Shown here piece by piece: positions 48,680 to 59,777 of a stretch of 64,000 bases of DNA (within the stretch, counting starts at the first letter, position 1; every line of letters starts with the position of its first letter). Made by a program: the position numbers and the translations under genes. Origin of the DNA: Acidobacteriota bacterium (GTDB lineage: Bacteria; Acidobacteriota; UBA890; WLXD01); contig CAXWPH010000007.1 of NCBI GenBank assembly GCA_963666055.2, forward strand, positions 128,001 to 192,000. The letters are read 5' to 3'. The notes beneath the pieces were generated by a model that did no database searches, was not told the DNA's origin, and saw only the letters and a list, made by a program, of their open reading frames with translations.

Positions 48680-49871
48680 CCCTGCTCGGGCAGCGCGATC
48701 AGCGCCTCGAGCAGGTCGTGCTCGAGGATCCAGCGTCGGATCTCGCTCTCGCCGCTGCCGGCATCGCCTGTGAACAACGGCGAGCCGTTCATGATGATGG
48801 CTACGCGCGAGCCGCCCTTCTGGGGTTGGCGCCTATGCGCCAGCATGTGGAGCAGGGAACAGCAGCTGGCCGTCGCTGATGCGCGGCAGGCCCGGCGCGA
48901 AGCGGCCGTCGGCGCCGCGATCATTCTCGGCGGGCACGGTGTCCTGGTCTCGCTTCCAGTCCTTTCCGTAGGGAGGATTGGTGATCAGGTAGTCGAAGGG
49001 CGTCACGGCATGGCGATCGTCGACAGGGTGCTGCCGAAGGCGATCCTATCCGCGTCCCGCCCACTCGGGTCCTTCATGAACAGGTCAGACTTGCTCACCG
49101 CCCAGGTCTCCGGGTTCACCTCCTGGCCGAACAGGTGGACGTCGGCATCAGCGTTGATTGGCGGCTTCACCGAGTCGCCCTCGCGCTGCTCTCCTTCGAT
49201 GATGTGTTCCTTGGCGATCGTGAGCATCCCGCCGGAGCCGCAGCATGGGTCGTAGACCGTCAGCACGATGCCGTCTCTGTTCAACGACTCCTCGTCGCCT
49301 GCCAGCATGAGATCGACCATCAGGTGAATCACGTCGCGCGGGGTGAAATGCTCGCCCGGATTCTCGTTCAGCACCTCGTTGAACTTGCGCAGGAGTCCTC
49401 GAAGATCGTTCCCATCGTGAAGTTGTCCACGACGTCCGGGTGCAGGTTCACCTCACCAAACCGCTGCATCGCCAGGAACAGCAGGCCCGACTCGTCGAGC
49501 TTGCTGATGGTGTTGTCGAAGTCGAACTTCTCGAGCACCTCGCGCATGTTGGGGCTGAACCCCGCAATGTACTTGCGAAGATTCTGGGCGATGTCGGGCG
49601 CGTCGCCGAGCAGCTTCTCGAAGTCGTAGCGTGAAGTGTTGTAGAAGGCGAAGCCAGAGGCGCGACGGAGGAGATTCTCAGGCCGCGCGAGCTTTCCCTT
49701 GTACCGCGCCTGGACCTCGAGAACCTTGGGCTTCGTGGGCGCCAGCACGCAATCGAGCCGTCGCAGCACGGTCAGCGGCAGGATCACATCCTGATACTTG
49801 CCGCGCTTGAAAGTATCGCGAATCAGGTCAGCGACGCCCCAGATGAAGCTGACGATCTGGCTGTGGTTCAT
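48680..49871 (-). pseudogene. hsdM: Type I restriction-modification methyltransferase HsdM, multiply frameshifted and truncated
   Basis: [65 protein letters not shown] spread over several frames; stops at LPEQ. Confidence 0.9.
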
Positions 49872-50033
49872 GATCCCTCGTGTGCTCTTGCGAGCCGAGC
49901 TGATCGAACCACGAGGATGACTCTCCCGTTTCTGTTACGTCGCCGGATAGGTCGGGCCGCTCTCACGTTGAGGCGGCCTTCGGCCGTAGGCATTCGATCC
50001 TGCACGAGCGGCATCCTCTGGCGGGTCTACGCG

Positions 50034-50405
50034 TCAAGCTCCCTGCTTCGTCGACTGGATCAGCACCTCGGCCGGAATACGGAGAGAGTCGACGAGCTTC
50101 CGGATCATCGCTAGAGACAAGCTCCGCTTGCGGTTGAGAATCTCGGAGACTCTGCCGCGGCCGACCCCGAGCAAGCGCTGCAAGTCAGCCCGATCCTGCC
50201 CGGTCTGCTCAAGCCGAAACAAGATCGCGTCGATTGGATCCGGTGCGGGGATCGGGCTGTTCTTTTCCTCGTACACCTCGACCAACGTGCTGAGGACCTC
50301 CAGCATCTCCGCCTCTTCAGAATTGGCAGGCGAATCCCAAAGCGCCTCGACGCGCTCCAAAGCAGCACCGTGGTCCCGTTCCGTCTTGATCGGTCGGATT
50401 CGCAT
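50034..50405 (-). CDS. higA: HigA antitoxin (HTH)
   Basis: IRPIKTE..ALER..L, LVEVYE, PDPIDAI, VSEILNRKRSLSLAMIRKL. Confidence 0.9.
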   Translation of the reverse strand: MRIRPIKTERDHGAALERVEALWDSPANSEEAEMLEVLSTLVEVYEEKNSPIPAPDPIDAILFRLEQTGQDRADLQRLLGVGRGRVSEILNRKRSLSLAMIRKLVDSLRIPAEVLIQSTKQGA

Positions 50406-50408
50406 CCC

Positions 50409-50702
50409 TTATACCTCGGTCACCTCTCCACGGTCGTATTCGGCATGCGTCCCTATGAACCGGATGAACACTATGCCGATGTCGTATCGGACAGCGACGA
50501 CGAGTCGATACTTGTTGCCCCCGATGCTGAATACGATGCGATCACGGCCAATGAAACTCGCCGACGCATAGCGCTTCTTGATGTCTGCGGGCCTTTCCCA
50601 GGTCGCATTCTTTGCCTCCGAGAACCATGCCCTGAGCGGCTGCTCAGCGTCCCGGTGCCGGGTCCAGAACTCGCGAAGCGTCCGACGGGAAATGATCCTC
50701 AT
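50409..50702 (-). CDS. higB: HigB mRNA interferase toxin
   Basis: MRIISRRTLREFW, RIVFSIGGNKYRLV, IRFIGTHAEYD. Confidence 0.92.
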   Translation of the reverse strand: MRIISRRTLREFWTRHRDAEQPLRAWFSEAKNATWERPADIKKRYASASFIGRDRIVFSIGGNKYRLVVAVRYDIGIVFIRFIGTHAEYDRGEVTEV

Positions 50703-50720
50703 CAGGGGCCAATCATAGCG

Positions 50721-50739
50721 TGATCCCGAATTGGGATCA
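50721..50739. promoter_or_regulatory. Probable higBA operator palindrome
   Basis: TGATCCC-GAATT-GGGATCA about 20 bp upstream of higB. Confidence 0.6.
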
Positions 50740-50754
50740 ACATCTACATCCGAT

Positions 50755-52197
50755 CTACCGTCCGCTCACGAGCTCTTCCTCCGTCGGTACGTAGGTCAGC
50801 GCATCGTGCTTCGGCGGTGAAGAGCCCTGCGTCGCCTGGGCGACGACAACGAACAGCGCCAGGCTGATGAGCGGCGCGATGAGCGTCTCCATGCCAGCCC
50901 ATGCTTCGGGCACCGCGAAATGCAAGGTCAGCCGCGCCGCGGCTCCGCCGACGATCGCGGCCAGCGCCGCCGGGGTATTCGACTTGTGCCAGAAGAGACC
51001 GAGCACCAGCGGCACGAAACAGCTGGCGAGCACGATGTCGAATGCCAGGATCAGCAGCACCCCGGGATCCGGGCGGAAGTAGGCAAACACCACCGAGGCC
51101 GCCATCGTCGGCAAGGCTATCCATCGGGAGACGCGCAACAACTCCGAGTCATCCCAGGTGTGTGAGGAGCGCCCCTGGATCAGGTTTCTGGTAAGCACGT
51201 TGGCGAGATCGAGCACTACCCCCGCTGCAGTCGACATGCTGGCAGCGATGACCCCAAGCAAGATCAGGCCGCCGATGATCATCGGCATCTCGTTGAGTGC
51301 CACTTCCACCAGCAGGAAACGGCTCTCCGGGGTGCCGAAGTGGAACGCCGCGAGGCCGATGAAGGTGACCATGAGGCCGATGGTGAGGGTGATGACCCCG
51401 GCTATGTAACAGCCGCGTTTGGCGGTGCGTGCGGAGTCGGCGGCGATCACGCGCTGGATGAAGTCGATCGCCACGACGTCGCCGAGGGCCAGCGACACCA
51501 GAGACGCCCAGTTGACCAGCGATCCCTGCTCGCGGCTCATCAGCCCGGACATGTCGGTGAAGCTGGCGGGAACACTCGCCATCAGCGTGCTCCAGCCGAA
51601 GGTGCCGGTCAGCCAGGCGAAGCCGATGACGGTGCTGAGGATGAACATCCCCACCTGCAGCACGCTGGTGGTGATGGTGGCGTAGAGACCGCCGGTGACC
51701 GCGTAGGTGAGGATGCAGAGGCCGATCACCACGAGCATCGGCAGGTAGCCGACGCCAAATACCAAATCCAGCAGCAGGCCGAGCCCGGCGAGGTTGCCGG
51801 CGACTAGCACGATGTTGCCGACCAGCATGTTGAGCGCCGCCAGCGTCTCGGTATTCTGGTTGTATCGACGGCGGTAGAAATCGGCCAGCGTCAACAGGCG
51901 CATGCGGTGGATGGGCTCGGCGAATACCGCACCGGTGAGGAACAGGCACAGGGCGAGCCCGATGGGGATCGCCGCCCCGGCCCAGAAGCCGCCGCCGTGG
52001 GCCAATGACGCGTTGCCCATGGAGCCGTTGGCGTCGAACGCCTGGGCGCAGAGGGTGATGCCGATCACCGACACGCCCATGGCATTGCCGGCGACGTAGT
52101 AATTCGTCGCCTGGCCCTTGATCTTCGCCCAGGTGCGAACGCCGACCCACATGGTGGCGCCGACGAACAGGATGATGGCGACGCCGATGGGGCTCAT
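50755..52197 (-). CDS. Sodium:solute symporter (choline-transporter-like)
   Basis: NYYVAG, TLADFYRRRY, YAVTGGL, QRVIAA, AASMSTA. Confidence 0.88.
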   Translation of the reverse strand: MSPIGVAIILFVGATMWVGVRTWAKIKGQATNYYVAGNAMGVSVIGITLCAQAFDANGSMGNASLAHGGGFWAGAAIPIGLALCLFLTGAVFAEPIHRMRLLTLADFYRRRYNQNTETLAALNMLVGNIVLVAGNLAGLGLLLDLVFGVGYLPMLVVIGLCILTYAVTGGLYATITTSVLQVGMFILSTVIGFAWLTGTFGWSTLMASVPASFTDMSGLMSREQGSLVNWASLVSLALGDVVAIDFIQRVIAADSARTAKRGCYIAGVITLTIGLMVTFIGLAAFHFGTPESRFLLVEVALNEMPMIIGGLILLGVIAASMSTAAGVVLDLANVLTRNLIQGRSSHTWDDSELLRVSRWIALPTMAASVVFAYFRPDPGVLLILAFDIVLASCFVPLVLGLFWHKSNTPAALAAIVGGAAARLTLHFAVPEAWAGMETLIAPLISLALFVVVAQATQGSSPPKHDALTYVPTEEELVSGR

Positions 52198-53462
52198 GAG
52201 GTCGTCGTGTCCGCCCCAGGTGCCGAGCCGGATTGGCGCCGCCGAAAGTACACCGTGACGAGGATCACGATGATGGCGAACAACGCCCCGTTCACCGCCT
52301 GCGTCGCGGCCACGCCGATGGTGGTGACCAGGGCGCCGATCTCGAGCTGAGCGAGAGGCCCGACGCCGCGGCTCAGGTTCCAGACTCCGATCACCGCGCC
52401 ACGATCGCGGTCGTCGACGTTCTGCTGCAGGGCGGTAGGCAGCAGCGCGTCGAGGCTCGCCCAGGCGACGCCGACCAAGCCCATCAGCACCAACGACAGC
52501 GGGTACGACGTCGACACGGAGAAGACCAGCAGCGCGATGCCGAAGAATACGCATACGATCGGCAGCAGTCGGTCGGCCCGCACCCGGCGCGCCACCGATC
52601 CGAGCAACAGCAGCCCGATCACGCCACCGCCGTTGCGCACCGCCACGAGGTTGCCGAGGCCCTGCTCGCCGGCCATCAGGATGTCGCGAGCGAAGGACGG
52701 CGCCAGCGCCTCGTGTGAGTAGGCGAAGATCTCGGCGGCCATGGCGATCACCGCGAATACGAGCACCGCCGGGTTGCGCATGATCTCGAACATCGAGGCC
52801 CACACGCCCAGGGACTCGCCTGCTTCCTCGTCGGTCGCGGCGCTGGGGTACTTGCGATTCGCCGCAGTACCCGGGGCCACCAGCGGGATGATGGTGAGCA
52901 GGATGGCGCTACCGAGGTACGCCACCGCCATCATCAAGAACGCCCCGACGCCACCCCACAACGACAAGGCGAAGCCGGTGGAGATGCCGCCGACCACGCC
53001 GAAGAGCTTGTTTGCCAGCTGCTCCAGCGCCAGCCCATTGACGGCGTCCTCGGGGCCAACGACGTCGTAGACATACGACTTGGAGAGCGTGGTCTCGGCG
53101 ACGTCGAATACCCCGACCAGTGTGGCCACCAGCATCACGCCACCGAATCCGAACCACCCCTGCGTACTGGCGAGCGCGGCGAGAAACGCCATGCCCGCCC
53201 CGCTCCAGTTGGTGACCTGCAGCATGACGCGCCGGTCCATGCGGTCCGACAGGCTGCCGAACGGCACCGACAGAAACAACCGCGGCAGGATTCGCGTCGC
53301 CAGCGCCGCGCCCACCCCCACCGCCGACCCAGTGAACTCCAGCGCCAGCCAGCCGAGCGCCACGGTGCTGATGTGGGCCGAATAGCCGTTCAGGCAGATC
53401 GACGACCACACCAGGCCGAAGCCCGGATGCCGGAAGGAACGGAGCAGCTCGGCGCGCCGCAT
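52194..53462 (-). CDS. MFS transporter (DHA3/EntS-like)
   Basis: GSLSDRMDRR, 12 TM helices, LQQNVDDRDRG. Confidence 0.88.
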   Translation of the reverse strand: MRRAELLRSFRHPGFGLVWSSICLNGYSAHISTVALGWLALEFTGSAVGVGAALATRILPRLFLSVPFGSLSDRMDRRVMLQVTNWSGAGMAFLAALASTQGWFGFGGVMLVATLVGVFDVAETTLSKSYVYDVVGPEDAVNGLALEQLANKLFGVVGGISTGFALSLWGGVGAFLMMAVAYLGSAILLTIIPLVAPGTAANRKYPSAATDEEAGESLGVWASMFEIMRNPAVLVFAVIAMAAEIFAYSHEALAPSFARDILMAGEQGLGNLVAVRNGGGVIGLLLLGSVARRVRADRLLPIVCVFFGIALLVFSVSTSYPLSLVLMGLVGVAWASLDALLPTALQQNVDDRDRGAVIGVWNLSRGVGPLAQLEIGALVTTIGVAATQAVNGALFAIIVILVTVYFRRRQSGSAPGADTTTS

Positions 53463-53500
53463 CCCCTAGCAGGCCGTGGCGGATGTGCGGCGGGCCACGC

Positions 53501-54502
53501 TCAGGAAAGTCCGCCGAGGCCGAGGTCGGCGTTGAGCTCATTGGCGTCGAGCATCACTACCCCGTCGCACTCGATCTTGCCGGTGGTGAGCACTACGTCG
53601 CAGTGCACATTGCAGGGCGGCACACAGCCGGCGAAAATGCCCGACTGCGAGCCGAAGCCGTAGGTAATGGCGCCGAGCACGTGCTCGTCCTGGTGAACGC
53701 TACCGGACGTACGTGCGCGAGGGTTGAGACCCAACGTGAAGTGACACAGGTGGGTGGCGATGGGATCGCCGCTGGCGGCGAAGTAGGCGCGCAACGCCGC
53801 GGCGTCGCCACCGCCCTCGATCGCCGCGATGACGCCGTCCTCGATACGGAGCGTCACCGGCTCCTTCACGAGGCGCCCCGGCGGGATGTTGCCGTCGACC
53901 ACGATGGTGCCCTGAATCGTCTTCTCGATCGGCGCGTTGGCCACCGACACACCCGGGAAGAAGTCCGACGCCCCCGGCTCCAGGGCCATGCCGTGTCCCA
54001 CGTCGATGGGACGATCGCGCATGTCATAGGTGATATCGGTGCCGTACTGCGAGGTTACCCGGCACAGCTCGGTCTTCTGCCAGAGGTCGCCGATCTTGTT
54101 GGCGATCTCGATCATCAAGTCGTAGTCAACGTCGAGGAGGCCCTCGATGACGAAGTCTTCCATGCCGTTGACGTTGGTCGAGGACATGCGTGTACCGCCG
54201 GCGAGCGCTCGCTCGGTGGATTCCTTGTTGGCGACCATCGTCTCGCACACACCCAGCACGACATCCGCGGCGGCAATGGCAGCGATGGTCACGTCATCGA
54301 GTTCGCTGGCGTCGGTCGGCGCCATGCGCGGGATCACCAGCAGCGTCGCCTGTGCGCCGGCATTGATGGCAGCGTTGAAGAAGGCGTTGGCAACATCCTG
54401 ATCGGTCCAGGTGTCCGATAACACGAGCACCTTCTCGCCCGGCTTGACCTGCCCCATCTTGCGTACGGCAACGTCGCCCAACTGTGCCCAACGAAAGCTC
54501 AT
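53501..54502 (-). CDS. M29-like leucyl aminopeptidase / NicX-like metalloprotein
   Basis: VKPGEKVLVLSD, GTIVVDG, PVTLRIEDG, HFTLGLNP, DEHVLG, HCDVV. Confidence 0.7.
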   Translation of the reverse strand: MSFRWAQLGDVAVRKMGQVKPGEKVLVLSDTWTDQDVANAFFNAAINAGAQATLLVIPRMAPTDASELDDVTIAAIAAADVVLGVCETMVANKESTERALAGGTRMSSTNVNGMEDFVIEGLLDVDYDLMIEIANKIGDLWQKTELCRVTSQYGTDITYDMRDRPIDVGHGMALEPGASDFFPGVSVANAPIEKTIQGTIVVDGNIPPGRLVKEPVTLRIEDGVIAAIEGGGDAAALRAYFAASGDPIATHLCHFTLGLNPRARTSGSVHQDEHVLGAITYGFGSQSGIFAGCVPPCNVHCDVVLTTGKIECDGVVMLDANELNADLGLGGLS

Positions 54503-54535
54503 CGCAATCTCATTCCTGGTTAGCGATCCGGCCAC

Positions 54536-55582
54536 TCAAACGGTGTCGGGTATCGTCGTTTTCATCCAGTAGGCGGTGTTGTGAAAGTTAGCCACAACCG
54601 AGCCCGGCGGCACCAGCGCATCGCAGGCGGCGCGGGTGTCGTTGTCAAGCTCCATCTCGAGCACCGGCAGCAGGTGCTCGAGGTGCTCGAGCGTGCGGGC
54701 GCCGATCATCGGCGCGGTGATTCCGGGCTGGTCCTTGCACCACAGCATGGCCAACTGTGCGCCCGAGATGCCCGCCTCGGCGGCAATCTTGGCGAACTCG
54801 CGCGCCACCTGGATGCCGCGCGTTGTGACCCGATCGGCATAGAAGCCGCCGCGCCTGGCGGCACGCGAGTCGTCCGGAAACTCGCTGGCGCTGTCGTAGC
54901 GACCGGCGAGGACGCCCATGCCCATCGCACCCCAGCAGATGATGCCGAGCCCGTGGCGCCGGGCCATCGGAATGAGCTCGTTCTCGATGCGGCGGTCGAG
55001 CAGATTGTAGGGGGGCTGCTCGGAGACGTAGCCGACGAAGCCCTCGAGCGCCGACACCATCAGCCCCTCCATGACCAGCCAGGCCGGCTGCGTGGAGCAA
55101 CCGATGTAGCGCACCTTCCCCTGGGTCACCAGGTCATCCATGGCGCGCAGCGTCTCATCGAGCGGGATGTCGAAGGTGGGCCGGTGCAGCTGGTACAGGT
55201 CGATGCGGTCGGTCTGCAGGCGCCGTAGCGAGGTCTCGCAGGCGCGAATGATATTGAGCCGCGAGTGCCCCGATTCGTTCGGACCCACGCCGGGCACGAA
55301 TTCGTTGAGCGAAACGCCGACCCGACGCCGGCCGTGGTCAACCTTGGTGCCGAGCACCACCTGGTCGCGAATGCCGCGCTCTTTGAGGGTCTTGCCGATG
55401 ATCGTCTCGCTCATGCCCTCGGCGTAGACGTCGCCGGTGTCGATCATGTTGATGCCGGCATCGAGCGCCCGGTTGATGATCCGGGTTGCCTCCTCGGCGG
55501 GGGTGGCATCGCCGAAGTTGTCGGACCCCATGATGAGCGGCGAGATCTTCACGCCGGAGCGGCCCAATACCCGGTATTCCAC
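54536..55582 (-). CDS. Aldo/keto reductase
   Basis: [49 protein letters not shown]. Confidence 0.92.
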   Translation of the reverse strand: MEYRVLGRSGVKISPLIMGSDNFGDATPAEEATRIINRALDAGINMIDTGDVYAEGMSETIIGKTLKERGIRDQVVLGTKVDHGRRRVGVSLNEFVPGVGPNESGHSRLNIIRACETSLRRLQTDRIDLYQLHRPTFDIPLDETLRAMDDLVTQGKVRYIGCSTQPAWLVMEGLMVSALEGFVGYVSEQPPYNLLDRRIENELIPMARRHGLGIICWGAMGMGVLAGRYDSASEFPDDSRAARRGGFYADRVTTRGIQVAREFAKIAAEAGISGAQLAMLWCKDQPGITAPMIGARTLEHLEHLLPVLEMELDNDTRAACDALVPPGSVVANFHNTAYWMKTTIPDTV

Positions 55583-55713
55583 TCATTCCTCCGCCGAAAA
55601 ACACCCGCCATTGAAGCGTTTTTCCAGACTGCATACAGTATACGAAATAGGCTTAGAGGCTCCCGGAAGCCGATCCCTCCGTCCGCTCACCTCGCCCGGT
55701 AGTATCCACCACC

Positions 55714-57474
55714 ATGTTGGTCGATTGGCTCGTCATCGCCGCCTACCTGATCGCCATTACCGTGCTGGGCGCGTCGGCGGCCAAGAAGGTCAACACCGCG
55801 TCCGATTTCTTCATCAGCGACCGCAAGTTCGGCAAGCTGATGATGACGCTGTTCACCTTCGGCACGGGAACGAACACCGATCAGGCGGTGAGCGTGGCGT
55901 CGAAGACCTATACCTCTGGCGCCTCGGGTATCTGGTACCAGTGGCTGTGGCTGTTCTCGACGCCCTTCTACTGGTTGCTGGCACCGCTGTTTCGGCGCAT
56001 GCGGGCGGTGACCATCGCCGACTACCTGCACGTGCGCTACGACCAGAGCGTGGCGATTCTCTTCGCAGTGCTCGGCATCGCGCAGCTGTCCGTCAACATC
56101 GGGGTGACGCTCAAGGCGGCCGGCGCCATGGTCACGGCAGTCTCGGGAGGCACGATCAGCGCCGAGCTGGCGATCATCGGCATGACGGTGCTGTTCATGG
56201 TCTACGGAATCGTAGGTGGCCTGAACGCAGCCATCATGACGGACGCACTCCAGGGTGTTCTCACGGTTGTCCTGTCGTTCTTGCTGCTGCCATTCGCCCT
56301 GCAGGCGGTCGGCGGTCTGGATGGGCTACGCGCGACCGTCACCGATCCGACCGTGTTCCAGGTAGTCGCCCCCGGCGAGATCACCACGCTCTACGTCATC
56401 GTCATATCGCTCAACGCGCTTATCGGCTGGGTCGCGACGCCTTACTCGATGGCGCTCTGTGGTGCCGGTACCACCGACGAGGAGGCGCGGGTCGGCCTGA
56501 TAAGCGGCATGTTCCTGAAGCGTTTCTGCACCATCGCCTGGGTGCTGACGGCCATGTGCGGCATCGGCATCTACGCCGGCACCGCCGTCGACCCCGACCA
56601 GCTGTACGGGCTGCTTGCCCGCGACCTCCTGCCGACCATCGCGCCGGGGCTGGTGGGGCTGTTCATCGCCTCGATGCTGGCGGCGGTGATGAGCTCGTGC
56701 GACGCGCTCATGGTCTCGGCCGCGGCGTTGTTCACCGAGAACATCTATCGACCGTTCTTTCGTCCGGACCGTGATCAAGGCCATTACATCCTCGTCGGCC
56801 GCATCAGCTCGGGTGTGGTCGTGCTGGCCGGAATCACCATCGCCTTCGAGCTGGAGAGCGTGGTCGAGGGACTGGAGATGTTCTGGAAGGTTGGGGCGAT
56901 GATGGGAATCTCCATCTGGGTCAGCTTCGTTTGGCGGCGGGCAACGGTGGCGGCCACCTGGGCCTCGACGCTAGGCGGGTTTCTCGCTTGGGCCATCACC
57001 GCCCGCATCGACATCATCGGCTGGGACTTCAACGCGCACTACGCCGCGTCGCTACCCGACTTCATGTTGTGGCAGGGGGAGCTCTCGTTACCTTGGCAGA
57101 TGATCATCTACCTCACCGTCAGCCTCTCGCTCATGGTAGGGGTGAGCTTGACCACGAAGGCGCCCGACAAGCAAAGGCTCGACCGCGTGTACGGTACGCT
57201 TCGCACCCCGGTGCGCGTCGGCGAGCCGGAAGTCGAGCCGCTGTGCCTCCCGGAGGGCACTGCGGAGGCGCTGTCGACCGAACACGACTGGCAGTCGATG
57301 GAGCTCGCGTTGGGGCTGCCAGCCTCCGAGCCCACCACGCCAGGTGCTGATCGATCATCCGGACTTCGAGATCCCGACCCCCGATCGCTCCACGGTGGTC
57401 GGCTTCCTGCTGAGCTGGGTGGGGGTCGCCGCCATGATCGCCCTGTTCTTCTGGATCCTGAGCTGACGGAATGA
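55714..57474 (+). CDS. Sodium:solute symporter; probable frameshift near the C-terminus
   Basis: SSS motifs (GGLNAAIMTD, AAVMSSCD); final TM helix VVGFLLSWVGVAAMIALFFWILS* lies in another frame ending 57466. Confidence 0.85.
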   Translation: MLVDWLVIAAYLIAITVLGASAAKKVNTASDFFISDRKFGKLMMTLFTFGTGTNTDQAVSVASKTYTSGASGIWYQWLWLFSTPFYWLLAPLFRRMRAVTIADYLHVRYDQSVAILFAVLGIAQLSVNIGVTLKAAGAMVTAVSGGTISAELAIIGMTVLFMVYGIVGGLNAAIMTDALQGVLTVVLSFLLLPFALQAVGGLDGLRATVTDPTVFQVVAPGEITTLYVIVISLNALIGWVATPYSMALCGAGTTDEEARVGLISGMFLKRFCTIAWVLTAMCGIGIYAGTAVDPDQLYGLLARDLLPTIAPGLVGLFIASMLAAVMSSCDALMVSAAALFTENIYRPFFRPDRDQGHYILVGRISSGVVVLAGITIAFELESVVEGLEMFWKVGAMMGISIWVSFVWRRATVAATWASTLGGFLAWAITARIDIIGWDFNAHYAASLPDFMLWQGELSLPWQMIIYLTVSLSLMVGVSLTTKAPDKQRLDRVYGTLRTPVRVGEPEVEPLCLPEGTAEALSTEHDWQSMELALGLPASEPTTPGADRSSGLRDPDPRSLHGGRLPAELGGGRRHDRPVLLDPELTE

Positions 57475-59097
57475 GCGGACACGAGCACCGGGATCTCGTA
57501 GCGCTGTTCGACGACTTCCGCGCCTCGCTCGCGCCAGACGTGGTCGAAGGCGTACCCGACTACACACACGCCGCCATGGGGCGCAAACACGCCGAGCTGT
57601 TGCGGCTTCAGGAGCGGCTCACGACGCTGGATATCAGCGCTTGGAGCCTCTCGGAGCAGGTCGACTACCACGTCGTCCGCGCCGAGATGAACGGGGTGGA
57701 TTTCGACCATCGGGTGCTGCGCCCGTGGGCCCGCGATGCGGGATTCTACAACATTATCGACGGCATCTATCCGCGGCTGCTGGTGCACCACTCGCGCATG
57801 CTGTCGGACTGGCCGCTCGACGCGCCGCAGTTGCCGCTATCGGACGGTCAGCTGGCGACGCTTCCGGACCAAGCTCCGGGCAATCCCGGCGATCTTCGAC
57901 CAGGCGCGAGGCAACCTCACCGAAGCGTCGGCCGACCTGGCCCGCGTGGCGATCCGCTTGAAGGAAAAGGAAACGAGCTTCATCGAGGGAATCGCCGAGC
58001 AGCTGGCCCCAGACCATCCGGAGGCTCTCGCCGACACCGAGCAGGCGCTGGTCGCCATCGAGGAGTTTGGCGACTGGCTGACCGAGCGGCTCCCGTCGAT
58101 GACCGCGCCCGCAGGAGTCGGCAAGGACAACTACAACTGGTGGCTGAAGAACGTGTTGTTGATCCCCTACAGCTGGGACGAGCTGCGCACTGTGATCCAG
58201 AGCGAATACCACCGCGCCATCTCCTTCCTGCGGCTCGAGGAGCATCGCAACCGCGACCTGCCGCCGTTCGAGATCACCTCGAGCGAAGCGCAGAATCTCG
58301 AGCGCCAGGGCACCGCGGCGCGAGAGCTACTCGAGTTTCTCCGCGATCGGAAGATCATCACCGTGCCCGAGCATCTCGAGCCCCTACCGGAGCACCACTT
58401 CCCTCGCACCTGGGGGAAGAGCGCCTACCTACGCCCGGGCTATCGCGGCTTCTTCGAGCAGTGCTGCGATCGCGAGCCGATGACCCAGATCACCCACACT
58501 TTCTTCGGTCATTACTACGTTCGCGACCGCACCATCTGGTACCAGGACGGCGACACCCGACCGATCCGCGGCACCATCCGCCTGTTCGACATGCACGAGG
58601 CGCGCTCCGAGGCGCTGGCGTTCGGCAGCGAGGAGATCATGCTGCAGCTCGGATCGCTCGACTCGCGGCCGCGCGCCAAGCAGATCGCCTACATCTGGAT
58701 GGCCTTCCGCACCGCTCGGGCACTGTCGGACCTGATGATGCACGCCAACGAATACACCATGGACGAGGGCATCCAGGCGTTCGTCGACAAGCTCCCCTAC
58801 CCCTGGGCGGCGCCCGACAGCGACGCCGTCTGGTGGGATATCGAAGAGGCCCTGCGCGCGCCGGCGCACTCCACCAGCTACGTGGTCGGCAAGCAAATGC
58901 TGCTGCAGCTGATCGCCGACCGCTCGCAACAGCTCGGCGAGGCGTTCGACCTGCGCGAGCTGCTCGACGAGTTCATGAGCGGCGGTATCATCCCCATCGC
59001 GTTGACTCGCTGGGAGCTCACCGGCAACGACGACGAGATCCGACGACTCACGGATCGCGATTCATCACGCAGCGAACGCTCAGGCCGTACGGTTTGA
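57471..59097 (+). pseudogene. DUF885-like protein with frameshift at ~57860
   Basis: N-terminus (VLRPWARDAGFY) in the 57471 frame, remainder (GKDNYNWWLKNV...FDLRELLDEFMSGGIIP) in the 57736 frame; paralog of 27958..29589. Confidence 0.8.
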
Positions 59098-59624
59098 TGA
59101 CGGGGCTTCGCCAGATCTGGTCGTCACCGGTATCGACGTCCCTATGCCAAGCTCGACCGGGGCCGGACTCCGTGGCGGTCCAGTAAGCTGCCGCCCTGCC
59201 GATCGCCTCGTACACGCCATCCTCGGAGCGGCGCCAGCCGCCAAGCTGTACATCGAAACCGGTATCGCCACCTGGTTTGAGCCGGGCTCCCTCGGACAAT
59301 CCACGGTTACCCTCGCCCTCGCGACCCGGGCGGACACGCGGACAGCGCTGCCTCCCATCTGTACAGACGCCCGTGGCGGTCGCAGTTGGCCGGCTGATCA
59401 CCGTAACAGTAGGATTCCGGCGTTTCGTAGTTCAGGTTGCCGGCGAGCCAGGTCGCGTCGCCGATCTCGACCATCCGATATCGCTGTCCATCGCGTTGAT
59501 CAACGAACTGTTCTCGCTGCCCCGGAGCAATCGCCCCGCTGACCGCACCCGCATCGTGTGCTGCAAATTGCACGATTTCAAGACCCGCCAGAGCCACGAC
59601 CATGGCCCAGTTCGGTGGTTTCAT
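59048..59624 (-). pseudogene. FISUMP (Fibrobacter major paralogous domain) protein with internal deletion/frameshift
   Basis: FVDQRDGQRY..WLAGNLNY..GRLYRWEAA.SACPPG then a frame change to YWTAT..GLSVRCV; the usual WHLPxxxEW segment is missing. Confidence 0.8.
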
Positions 59625-59777
59625 GGGGTTTTCCTGGGCAACTCGCCTGGATCAGATATCTTCGATTCGCTGCATTGGAGTGCTGCCAGCACCAGTGATA
59701 CGCGCACCGTTTCCACGGTACCTTTGAAGCTAGGCTCGCAAATCTCGTCCCCGAAGGTCAACTGGACTGACCACCCT

